Assembly: GCA_965369865.1 (NCBI GenBank) | Contig: CBDURU010000016.1 | Span: 1 to 49,551, forward strand | Direction: 5' to 3' | Length of the DNA: 49,551 nucleotides | Source: an uncultured bacterium | GTDB taxonomy: Bacteria > JAJVIF01 > JAPKYR01 | Shown: piece by piece, positions 10,168-18,721 of the stretch | Layout of the letters: each line of letters begins with the position of its first letter | Position numbering within the stretch: the stretch's first letter is position 1 | Notes under the pieces: generated by a model | What the model was told of the DNA's origin: nothing | The model's input: only the letters and a program-made list of their open reading frames with translations | Databases searched by the model: none | Translations under genes and position numbers: made by a program

Positions 10168-10242
10168 TGGCGCACCCACCGGGATTCGAACCCGGATCGC
10201 CGGTTCCGGAGACCGATACTCTATCCATTGAGCTATGGGTGC
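10168..10242 (-). tRNA. tRNA-Arg (anticodon CCG)
   Basis: GCACCCATAGCTCAATGGATAGAG…TCGGT-CT-CCG-GA-ACCGG…GGTTCGAATCC…GGGTGCGCCA. Confidence 0.95.
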
Positions 10243-10278
10243 ACGGTCAAACGCCCCGACGTCCTAAGGGGGCAATGG

Positions 10279-10308
10279 AATATACCAGATTGAGGGGGAT
10301 TTGCGCAA
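10279..10308 (-). promoter_or_regulatory. Promoter of the tRNA-Arg operon
   Basis: TTGCGC-18nt-TATATT with an extended -10 TG, about 35 nt upstream of the first tRNA. Confidence 0.55.
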
Positions 10309-10311
10309 GTG

Positions 10312-10367
10312 GGGAGCACCAACAAGCTCATTCGACTAACGTCGAACTTCGCATGTTGGCGGCACCC
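10312..10367. repeat. REP-like nested palindrome
   Basis: Outer stem CCAACA…TGTTGG enclosing the inner hairpin TTCGAC-taac-GTCGAA. Confidence 0.4.
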
Positions 10368-10411
10368 ATATGAAATCACACATTACAGGTTTGGCGCAGG
10401 TAGATTTGCCT

Positions 10412-10450
10412 AAAAATAAAAAAGCCGACAGGATGGGACTGTCGGCATTT
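10412..10450 (-). terminator. Intrinsic terminator of the VIT-vWA gene
   Basis: GCCGACAG-7nt-CTGTCGGC followed by a long T-tract on the minus strand. Confidence 0.8.
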
Positions 10451-10472
10451 TATATTCAATTTTTAAAAGAAT

Positions 10473-12680
10473 TTACTCTTCTTCCAGATTTACCTGGTAC
10501 GCCTGGTTGTCGTATACGAATATCACCTGTTCGCCTACTGATAAGAATTCGGCCAGGTCGGGTATGTCGTTTATCAGATCGAAATACTCATCTGACAGGT
10601 ATGTGATCTGGACCGGCTCGAAATCGTCCTCGTTGTACTCGGAATCGACCCAGTACAGTTCGGTGTTCTGGTAGAACGTCTTGCCGCCCTGGTTCTGTAC
10701 AAACTGCTGGACGACCTGCTCGTTTTCGTAATTATCTCCATATTCCATGCCCTGAATTCCAAGGCTTTGCTGTTGAGCGGATGGAGCAGGGGCAGCATCA
10801 ACATTGCCACCGCCACCAAAACCACCGCCACCGGCTCCTCCACCGAAGCCCTGGGAGCGCATGGCATTGAAGAAGCCTTCGTTCTGGACCGCGTCCATGT
10901 CCCAGCCTTCGCTGAGTACCTGGTCTTCAGTTACGAGCATGCTTGTGTATGGCGTGACAATTCCGTACCGCTGCGAGTGGCCTATTATTTCATCAACAAT
11001 TTCCTGGTTTTCACCATAGATTCGAATTTCGTTCAGGAGATACCCCACACGCCGGGTCGCCCAGTGTCGCGCGATGAAATCATTATTGTGATTACGCTTG
11101 AATTTTACTGGCCATGAAAATGTGACTCTCTCGCTACCCAGCATTCCGGTCATGCGGATAGTCGCGTTGCCTTCGCCGTTGTATCGTCCGGTTAAAAGGA
11201 TCTGGCTGCCGAGAAAAAGGTCCGGAATAATCGCTGGGAGCATGTCATATATGCGTGTGCCGTTGATTTCGATCTCGATGTCGGTCAGTACCGGTGATTT
11301 AATTTTTGAATAAAATTCCGAGAGAGGAAGCTCAAGGTCTTCATATGGGCCCACGGATGAAGTATAGCCGCCATTTTCACGCGCAAGGCGGTCGATGAAA
11401 GGATAGTCGACATCGTCCCCTACCCCGAAACAGAAAAGCCGCGCGTTAAGGTTTTGATTCCGGTTTTTCATGTTCTCTACAAGCCAGGCGGTGTTGGTGT
11501 TCCCGACAGTGGGAAGCCCGTCGGTGAGGAAGATGATATACAAGGGACGGCCGGTGTCGGAGTTGAGAGTACATGCTGCATTCAGCACACCTTCGATATT
11601 TGTGCTTCCGCCGGCTGAGATACCATCGATGTGATCCTTGACATCGGAGATATTGCCCCGAGTCGCGTTTTTCCAGCCTTCGAAGTACGGGTAGACATCG
11701 GTAGCGAATGTAATCAGGCTGAAGCGGTCATCCGAGTTAAGATTCTGGAATATAAAGTGAGTGGCATCCTTAGCCTGTTCAATTTTATTCCCCGACATCG
11801 AACCGGATGTATCGAGAACGAAGATGAAATCTTTCGCGACAACGTCAATGCCCGATTCGTTGTATTCCGGCGCGATCATGGCGAGGAAATGCCCTTCATC
11901 GCCTGAGGATGATTCCGTAAGCAGGTTCAGGCCGATAGCGCCATCGGGACGGCTGATGTAGAGAATAAAATCTCCCTCGGGACGGTGCCATCCTTTTTCA
12001 AGGCTGACGACCGCGTCACGCGAGCCGTTCCGGTTAATGTCGATATCGTGAGTGGGTGAGTAAATTGACCCAAGTGCATCAGGAGAATCGATTCGTACGG
12101 TTATCGCGAGTGAGTTGATAGCGTCGATCGAGTAACCGTCCAGGCTGAGTGGAAGGTTCATACTTATGAGGTTATTTTCGATCGGCAGGAGCCAGTCGAA
12201 ATAGATATCCACCTGTTTAGTGCCGTTGGCGGGGATGGGATATATATGGGCACGGATTAACCCGTCGCCTACATATTCCAGGAGTCCCGGGTCGCGCATC
12301 GTTGCAACGATGTTTTGGTAGATACGGTTTGCTTCGACCGCTCCCATTGTTTCAGATGAAAGCTCCCGTCCGTCCATCCACAGCGCGAAATCGGAGATAT
12401 CGGCATTTTGTGGAAGGGGGAACATGTAGATGCCCTCGAGGTCGGTCCATGTGTTGTTGCGAAAGATCTGTGTGATTTTGACATGAGCGAACTGGTCGTC
12501 GAGGTCGATCTCGATACTTTCGCTTTCGAGAGTTATTGGTTGGGTTGGTGCGAACGGTTCGGGAGTCCAGGAAGCTATTTGATCGTTAGAGATGATCATG
12601 CCCTGCGCAAACGCTGTTGTTGTTAGTGAGAGGAAAATGGTTAGTGTTGTTGTAAGGATTACAAACTGTCTGGTTGTCAT
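10473..12680 (-). CDS. Secreted VIT (vault inter-alpha-trypsin) plus vWA domain protein
   Basis: Signal peptide (…TAFA-Q). VIT motifs QIFRN…LEGIYMFPLP…ISDFALWMDG and RDPGLLEY. vWA MIDAS DTSGSM, GGSTNI, FLTDGLPT, FGVGDDVD. Confidence 0.9.
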   Translation of the reverse strand: MTTRQFVILTTTLTIFLSLTTTAFAQGMIISNDQIASWTPEPFAPTQPITLESESIEIDLDDQFAHVKITQIFRNNTWTDLEGIYMFPLPQNADISDFALWMDGRELSSETMGAVEANRIYQNIVATMRDPGLLEYVGDGLIRAHIYPIPANGTKQVDIYFDWLLPIENNLISMNLPLSLDGYSIDAINSLAITVRIDSPDALGSIYSPTHDIDINRNGSRDAVVSLEKGWHRPEGDFILYISRPDGAIGLNLLTESSSGDEGHFLAMIAPEYNESGIDVVAKDFIFVLDTSGSMSGNKIEQAKDATHFIFQNLNSDDRFSLITFATDVYPYFEGWKNATRGNISDVKDHIDGISAGGSTNIEGVLNAACTLNSDTGRPLYIIFLTDGLPTVGNTNTAWLVENMKNRNQNLNARLFCFGVGDDVDYPFIDRLARENGGYTSSVGPYEDLELPLSEFYSKIKSPVLTDIEIEINGTRIYDMLPAIIPDLFLGSQILLTGRYNGEGNATIRMTGMLGSERVTFSWPVKFKRNHNNDFIARHWATRRVGYLLNEIRIYGENQEIVDEIIGHSQRYGIVTPYTSMLVTEDQVLSEGWDMDAVQNEGFFNAMRSQGFGGGAGGGGFGGGGNVDAAPAPSAQQQSLGIQGMEYGDNYENEQVVQQFVQNQGGKTFYQNTELYWVDSEYNEDDFEPVQITYLSDEYFDLINDIPDLAEFLSVGEQVIFVYDNQAYQVNLEEE

Positions 12681-12791
12681 ACTGATGGTGACCCTCCTTA
12701 AGGAAATTAGCGGATAAATAAGAACGCTTGCCTTTTTTAACGCCGTACTTTTGGAGTACAGGAGGGGCGATTAGGTTCAGTGGAGAAGCGG

Positions 12792-13631
12792 CTAATAGGG
12801 AAAAGTTTGGACATCGACTCCCCTTGCCTCAAGGATCGGAATCTGTTCGTAGATAGCGGTATAGCTGAGAGGATTACAGGAGAGATTTACAAGATCAGGT
12901 ATATATGAAGGATTAAATCCATTTCCCAATCCGGGATTATCAATCAAACCGGTCAGATCCGCTATCTGGTTATATTGCAGATAGAGACTGTTGAGATTGA
13001 TCAGGTATTTCAAGGGTTCAATATCCACAATATTATTATCACTAAGGCTTAATGAGCGGAGCTTAGTGAGGGTTTCCAGAGGCTCAAGATTGGAAATATT
13101 ATTCGAGGTAAGCCTGGCGATCTCTAAATTGGTCAGGTGACGAAGTGGTGAAATATCGCTTAACTCATTCCTGTACACAGTGATGCCGGTCAGTTTTATT
13201 AATTTTCCCAGGGGTGTAATATCTCTTATCCCGCAACCGGTTAGAACTAATTTATCGAGATTTCGAATCTCACCGATTGGATTAATATTGATGTCAGCGC
13301 ACTCTGATATACGGAGTCTTAATAAATATGGCAGGCTCTGAAGCGGGCCTAAATTAACACCATCGGAATGGTAAATTTGTAGTTCTTCAAGAAAAACACA
13401 GTTCTGGATTCCCTGAATGTTTGTTATATATCTAAGATGAAGTTCGATAACAAGGGCAAGATCGCTGAGAAGGAGATCACCGGTTGGTTTATCGATTTCA
13501 TACCGGATTGCACTCTCAACTTTCGGATCAGGGATATGTACAACCGCAATTTCTACGGCACCTTTCCCTGAACATCCAGTGGTTACGAAAAGTGAAATAA
13601 GTACTGCTAACAAAATTGATCGGGGTTTCAT
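12792..13631 (-). CDS. Leucine-rich-repeat (internalin-like) lipoprotein
   Basis: Start moved to MKPRS (GGGAGG SD). Lipobox-like TTG-C. Repeated LxxLxLxxNxIxDxxPL units. Confidence 0.85.
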   Translation of the reverse strand: MKPRSILLAVLISLFVTTGCSGKGAVEIAVVHIPDPKVESAIRYEIDKPTGDLLLSDLALVIELHLRYITNIQGIQNCVFLEELQIYHSDGVNLGPLQSLPYLLRLRISECADININPIGEIRNLDKLVLTGCGIRDITPLGKLIKLTGITVYRNELSDISPLRHLTNLEIARLTSNNISNLEPLETLTKLRSLSLSDNNIVDIEPLKYLINLNSLYLQYNQIADLTGLIDNPGLGNGFNPSYIPDLVNLSCNPLSYTAIYEQIPILEARGVDVQTFPY

Positions 13632-13880
13632 TTCATGGCCTCCCAGCGGTTGAAATGTTGTATTGAATCGATACAACAAACTGTATGATAAACATATTTA
13701 TGATTTAGTTCATTTGTGTGAAATTCTTTTGCCAGGAATAATTCATTTAAACCTTTTCCCAATGATGTGAGTCTCATACCCGGATGAGGTGTCGATAATA
13801 ATAAATGTATCACACGGGACCCTTTTATCATATGTCAGGGACCCCGGAAACAGTTGTGGATAAGTGATGAACCATATCTG

Positions 13881-13909
13881 TTGCCCTTGAGCTTACGGGG
13901 TGATAGAGT
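13881..13909 (+). promoter_or_regulatory. Putative promoter of the exbB-exbD operon
   Basis: TTGCCC-17nt-TAGAGT with TG extension, 30 nt before the ATG. Confidence 0.4.
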
Positions 13910-13939
13910 TATTCGAATCATCCTCTGGACAGGACGTTT

Positions 13940-14578
13940 ATGGATCAAGAAACTTTCGCATTAGGAAACTGGTGGACCCAGGGCGGAGCGGTGATGTATC
14001 TGCTTGCGGTCTACTCAATACTCGGACTTGCGGTACTGATAGAAAAACTCGCGTTTCTCAGGAAAATATCCGCAAGTGAGATCGAATCCGCGAGGAAGGC
14101 GGCGGATGACGCGCTTGCCGGGAACCTGGAACCACCATCGGGCGATGGCCCTGTAGCGGTGATCATCGCGAGGCTCAACAGGCTCGCGAGTGATGGTATG
14201 ACTACCGATGCTCTTGTCCGGGCTGCGGAGAGGGAGGTCGCTCGCTTGGAGGACCTTGCAATGCGCGGGATGATCTGGCTTGCGATTATCGGCAATACGG
14301 CACCGTTTGTGGGATTGTTCGGTACTGTAATCGGAATAATCCGGGCGTTTCATGGCCTGTCAAGGCAGGGACTGCTCGCGGATCCATCGCAGAATTCGGA
14401 ACTGATCCGTGGAATTGCCGAGGCTTTAGTTGCCACCGCGACCGGGTTACTTGTCGCTGTGCCGGCGGTAATCGCCTACAACTATCTTCTAAGGGAGATA
14501 AGGTCGAGGACAACTCGTATCGACCTCGCTTGCGCGGATTACGCCGACGCGATCGGAAACGGAAAGGAGACCGGATAG
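13940..14578 (+). CDS. exbB: MotA/TolQ/ExbB proton channel protein
   Basis: LAIIGNTAPFVGLFGTVIGIIRAF and GIAEALVATATGLLVAVPAVIAYN signature helices. Confidence 0.9.
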   Translation: MDQETFALGNWWTQGGAVMYLLAVYSILGLAVLIEKLAFLRKISASEIESARKAADDALAGNLEPPSGDGPVAVIIARLNRLASDGMTTDALVRAAEREVARLEDLAMRGMIWLAIIGNTAPFVGLFGTVIGIIRAFHGLSRQGLLADPSQNSELIRGIAEALVATATGLLVAVPAVIAYNYLLREIRSRTTRIDLACADYADAIGNGKETG

Positions 14579-15021
14579 TGCGCCGCAGACGGTCGGAAGA
14601 ACAGCCTGTAAGCGATATCAACATTACGCCCTTGACCGACGTGATGCTGGTCCTTCTGATTATTTTCATGATTTCATCTCCGATCCTCATGGCGAAAGGC
14701 CTCGAGGTTCATCTCCCCCAGGTCGAAGGGGCGCAACAGCTTCTCGAAGAGGATCATGTTCTCTACATGGCTGCCGACGGTGGGCTTCAGCTCGACGGGA
14801 ATGTATATTCTTCGGATGAATTACAGCGGAAATTTAATGAGATGGTTGCCTCGGCCGATGAAGAAGGCGAAGTAATCAACCTGTTCATGCATGGAGACAG
14901 GTCGGTCACTTATGAAAACCTGACCTTTGTTATGAACCTGGCGACCACTGCGGGTATTGAGAAAATAAGCCTTGTACAGGATGTTATTGAGACTGTAGGT
15001 GAATTGCCACCGCCCGAATAA
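14578..15021 (+). CDS. exbD: ExbD/TolR biopolymer transport protein
   Basis: GTG overlaps the exbB TAG stop. INITPLTDVMLVLLIIFM with the conserved TM Asp; GDRSVTYE…VMN…AGIEKISL. Confidence 0.9.
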   Translation: MRRRRSEEQPVSDINITPLTDVMLVLLIIFMISSPILMAKGLEVHLPQVEGAQQLLEEDHVLYMAADGGLQLDGNVYSSDELQRKFNEMVASADEEGEVINLFMHGDRSVTYENLTFVMNLATTAGIEKISLVQDVIETVGELPPPE

Positions 15022-15068
15022 TGAACAATAATCGGGATTTCGCATCCAAATATTGAGTGAAATTTGTT

Positions 15069-16379
15069 ATGGATCAAAGCGACAATCAGCCACTCTCGAT
15101 AGATGAATGGAACGGTTCGTACTCGAAAAGGCTGGCACCCTGCCTTGGGATTTCCGTGGTTCTGCATGGGATATTGATAGGTGTCCTGTTCGTAATGAGC
15201 CTGATGGACGCAGGCGGTAGTGGACTGATAGTGACTCAATTCGATCCCGGTGTACCGGGAGCCGGGATGGGTTCATCGCCCCTGGTCGCGGGGTTTGACG
15301 CTCTCGATCGGATGAAGATTTTCAGAATCGATTTTTTCAGGGAAATTATTCCCTGGTCCCCTCCCCCACCTCCTGAGCCTGAAATAATGGAGGAAGAGCC
15401 CAAGGAATTATTAATTGAGGAACCTGAGATCATAGAACCTGAGATCGAGGATGAACCGGTCATTGAAGAAGAGGTAATTGAAGAACCTCTTGTCGTGGAT
15501 GATAGTGGTGCAGCTCCGTTAATTGGCGATCCAAGGGAGTTGATCGGCGGCTTTAATTCGCCAGTTGACGATAACGACCTTCTTGTTACGCCACCCGGAA
15601 TCGTGAGAAACATCCCCAGGATTCCGTCCGATGATGAAATTCTCCCGGATTCACTTTACCTTTATGAAACAGGCGGAGATGGGTTCGGAGGTTTGAATGT
15701 TCTGTCGCTGCCCGAATGGGAGCTTCCGGGACTGGAAAACCTGGCCTGGAAGAACGAATATTTCCTGAATAATTACACGATTTATCTTGTTGGCGATATT
15801 TCCAGGCGTCATGGCTATGATGAACTTCTTGCGTGGAATTATGTCATCCGGATGCTTTTAACGAATCCGCAGGCAGCATTCCCCCCGAACGTCGTGACAG
15901 TTGGAGTAGCGATGGAGAATCCGTACGCATTCAATAACACGCGTATTTTGAATTTACTCACCGTTGCATCGGAGGATGAAAATGCAATTGGGGTGATGAT
16001 CGCCGATTCGGACGGATTATTCGCGAAATCGCTCGGGTACAGTGAACTCGTACAGCCGTTCGTGGTGTTTGTTGATAATAATGGGTTTGTGCGGTTGATC
16101 ATGCAGGGACGGGTAAAGGATATCAGCAACGAGAGTATGGATTCGACGATGGCTGTGATAGCGGAGATGTGGCAGTGGGATGAAACTGAGATGGGAATTC
16201 TCCCCACCGTGGTTATGCTTCTGATTAATCTCCTTAGCGACCAGGCGTACGATCCGGAGGAGAGGATGGTAGCGCCAGCGGAAAGTGCTTATGAGATCGC
16301 ACCGACATGGGGATATCCGGAGTTTGTACCGGAGACGACTTACATGCGCCCGGACGATGAGGACTACGTACATTTTTGA
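15069..16379 (+). CDS. TonB/TolA-like energy transducer with a C-terminal redoxin (AhpC/TlpA-like) fold domain lacking CxxC
   Basis: TM with SxxxH (GISVVLHG) and a Pro/Glu-rich linker (PPPPPEPE…EEPE). C-terminus LPEWELPGLE…YTIYLVG…VVTVGVA…IADSDGLFAKSLG…PFVVFVDNNGFVR. Start may be GTG 15057 or ATG 15069. Confidence 0.6.
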   Translation: MDQSDNQPLSIDEWNGSYSKRLAPCLGISVVLHGILIGVLFVMSLMDAGGSGLIVTQFDPGVPGAGMGSSPLVAGFDALDRMKIFRIDFFREIIPWSPPPPPEPEIMEEEPKELLIEEPEIIEPEIEDEPVIEEEVIEEPLVVDDSGAAPLIGDPRELIGGFNSPVDDNDLLVTPPGIVRNIPRIPSDDEILPDSLYLYETGGDGFGGLNVLSLPEWELPGLENLAWKNEYFLNNYTIYLVGDISRRHGYDELLAWNYVIRMLLTNPQAAFPPNVVTVGVAMENPYAFNNTRILNLLTVASEDENAIGVMIADSDGLFAKSLGYSELVQPFVVFVDNNGFVRLIMQGRVKDISNESMDSTMAVIAEMWQWDETEMGILPTVVMLLINLLSDQAYDPEERMVAPAESAYEIAPTWGYPEFVPETTYMRPDDEDYVHF

Positions 16380-16467
16380 GTAATTCCCCCACTAAAATTA
16401 TATTTGAAGAAAAAGCAGCCCGAAGGCTACAGGCACTTTTTCAGGCATGCTATGATTCTCTAAAGTT

Positions 16468-17958
16468 ATGGTTCACCTGAGAGTGCTAATTATACTGTTT
16501 GCAGGACTTATCGTTCCGGGTCTGTTAATTGGATCAGCAGAGGCCGAGGATGGTGGGCAGATTCAGCCCGCAGCGATAATTACACCTCCCACGGTCGAAG
16601 ATGAGACAATATATTTTTTCTCCTGGCCGGATACTCTCTACGCTTTCGATGAATCGGAAAATGAGCTTAAGTGGTCTTCGAAACTCGATCCCCTCGCAGG
16701 TGATATTGATCCCTCGGCACTACCGGCTCCAGCACCTTACCCGATACGAAGTTATGTACTCCTGCATATCGGGAGGCAGTTATGGGGAATCTCGAAGGTG
16801 GACGGGAGGCCTGTATGGAGTGTGGATGGATTACGGGAAGCATCCGATCATACGGCAAATCGCGATGCCAACCACCTTCCGGGATTTTATGCAGTAGACA
16901 AAGGCACATTTGATTTCGTTCTGACATTTGAACAGGATGCAACAAGCTCGGAATGGTTCCTGAGACGAAGGCTTCTCGGGGATGGGAGCCTGGAATGGGA
17001 GATGGATCTGAATGGTAACCCGAGAGGCTGGTGGTATAACAGGGATGGTTTATGGATCTCGTATGAAAGGAGTGATCTCGGGTCCGGTATGGTCATGCGA
17101 GTCGATCCCGACACCGGGACGGAAATCTGGAGTTCGGACATAATAGCCGGGGATGGTTACAGGTCTGCCTTTATCGGTACCGGTCGAATTTTCCTTATGG
17201 TAAGGGCGGTTAATGGCGAGTTTTGGATTCGAGCATATAATCTGGAATCCGGAGAGTTATTCAGGACCATTGATTATGAGGCCGATGAACTAATAGATGT
17301 TTTGCAATCGGGGGATAAACTCGCGTTCATGCATCGCCAGGGATCAGAGGAACAAAGGCTTGTCAGGTTTTTGCTTTATTACAGTTCGCTGAACCCGATC
17401 CGTGCCCAGACGATACGCGAGTCCAGGCTCGATCAAGCGTTCTCAAGACCGGTTATAGAAGGAAACCTTCTTTTGTATGGCGGGAAAAGCTACTCTGTGT
17501 TCGATGGTAACACGGTTTGGAGCAAGATCGAGCAGATGTCACTCGTTGAGTGTGTATCGGATGACTACAATATATACATCTGGGATGAATCCGGGAGATT
17601 AATAAGCTGGGATATCCTTACCGGTGCGGAAAAATGGAACACACCGTTCAACGTGCTCCCTGAGGACACCGGAACGGAATCGAATTTCAGCGGCGCATCG
17701 TTGACACTTATTGGGGATCGATTATTTGCCGCGACACCCCTGGGCGAATTGATCCGCATTGATAAGGAAACCGGTGAACCGCATCCGGGAATCATTAAAA
17801 TCTCGATAACCGAAGTGATACGAAGTAGCGAAGCTGAAAATGGTTCAGTGAATAACAGGAACGGCGGCTTTATCTGGATATGGATTCTCCTGGTCTTTGC
17901 CGCCGGATTCATAATTATATGGCTGTTCAAGTCAAAACCGAAGACCTCAAGACAGTAA
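16468..17958 (+). CDS. PQQ-like (BamB-type) beta-propeller protein with a C-terminal TM anchor
   Basis: Signal peptide. Repeated D/G-x-x-x-G-x-x-x-W motifs (DGRPVW, DTGTEIW, TGAEKW). C-terminal hydrophobic helix plus basic tail. Confidence 0.75.
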   Translation: MVHLRVLIILFAGLIVPGLLIGSAEAEDGGQIQPAAIITPPTVEDETIYFFSWPDTLYAFDESENELKWSSKLDPLAGDIDPSALPAPAPYPIRSYVLLHIGRQLWGISKVDGRPVWSVDGLREASDHTANRDANHLPGFYAVDKGTFDFVLTFEQDATSSEWFLRRRLLGDGSLEWEMDLNGNPRGWWYNRDGLWISYERSDLGSGMVMRVDPDTGTEIWSSDIIAGDGYRSAFIGTGRIFLMVRAVNGEFWIRAYNLESGELFRTIDYEADELIDVLQSGDKLAFMHRQGSEEQRLVRFLLYYSSLNPIRAQTIRESRLDQAFSRPVIEGNLLLYGGKSYSVFDGNTVWSKIEQMSLVECVSDDYNIYIWDESGRLISWDILTGAEKWNTPFNVLPEDTGTESNFSGASLTLIGDRLFAATPLGELIRIDKETGEPHPGIIKISITEVIRSSEAENGSVNNRNGGFIWIWILLVFAAGFIIIWLFKSKPKTSRQ

Positions 17959-17962
17959 TCTA

Positions 17963-18709
17963 ATGATTGAAGACAGGAACACAGGTCGAGGGGCGGAAAT
18001 ATCGGAGGCGACTGTGGGTCCGAAAAGCACTCCTGCCCTATTGCTGGTCGTATTTTTAAGCGGTTACCTTGTAATGGCGCTTGAAATACTTGCGTTCCGG
18101 ATAGTCCAGATTTTTTTTGGAACGGCAATTTATTCGACCGGTGCGGTGCTTGGGATCGTGCTTTCGGCCCTGACGCTTGGATACTGGCTTGGAGGGACAC
18201 TATCGACGAGGTTTAATCCGACGAGAATTCAGGCTGGAGCCCTGGTAATCGCGGGTTTGTGGATTTTTGTGATGGCGGGTATCCCAAGTAATACGGTGGA
18301 TATCTTCCAGGTCAGGGAAAATCCCCGTGAAGAGGTGATGTACTCAATTCAACCTCCGTGGAAAACCGTGCCGAACTGGATTCTCGATAATCCGGTGAAT
18401 GACTCGATAGAATTCCGGATCAGGTGGGATCCACTCGCGGGTTCATTGATCTTATTCGCGATACCGAGTTTCCTGTTGGCGATGGTCGGTCCGTGCGCGA
18501 TTCAGGCATTAACGAGGCAAGCCAGGGAAGCGGGACGTGTGTCGGGCTGGGTTTTCGCGCTTGGGAGCCTTGGAAGCATAGCGGGGGTCCTGGTTACAAG
18601 TTTCTGGTTGATCGCACTATTCGGTCTGGGGACAAATTTGAGGTTGATAGGGCTGGTGGCTATGGTAATATCTGTGATAGCCGTATCGGTGAAAATTAGA
18701 AAAAACTAA
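17963..18709 (+). CDS. Membrane domain of the fused MFS/spermidine-synthase family, without a catalytic domain
   Basis: FLSGYLVMALEILAFR…FG…Y…LGYWLGG and AGRVSGWVFALGSLGSIAGVLVTSFWLI motifs. ORF ends at 248 aa. Confidence 0.7.
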   Translation: MIEDRNTGRGAEISEATVGPKSTPALLLVVFLSGYLVMALEILAFRIVQIFFGTAIYSTGAVLGIVLSALTLGYWLGGTLSTRFNPTRIQAGALVIAGLWIFVMAGIPSNTVDIFQVRENPREEVMYSIQPPWKTVPNWILDNPVNDSIEFRIRWDPLAGSLILFAIPSFLLAMVGPCAIQALTRQAREAGRVSGWVFALGSLGSIAGVLVTSFWLIALFGLGTNLRLIGLVAMVISVIAVSVKIRKN

Positions 18710-18721
18710 GGGGAGATTCCC

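Noticed and set aside
9959..10293. ORFs overlapping the tRNA-Arg genes
   Set aside because: Shadow ORFs of the tRNA sequences.
13855..13863. DnaA box (TGTGGATAA) suggesting oriC
   Set aside because: Single isolated box with no cluster and no dnaA/dnaN nearby.
13680..13939. Cobalamin or other riboswitch upstream of exbB
   Set aside because: No recognisable B12-box or other aptamer consensus by eye; an Infernal/Rfam scan would settle it.
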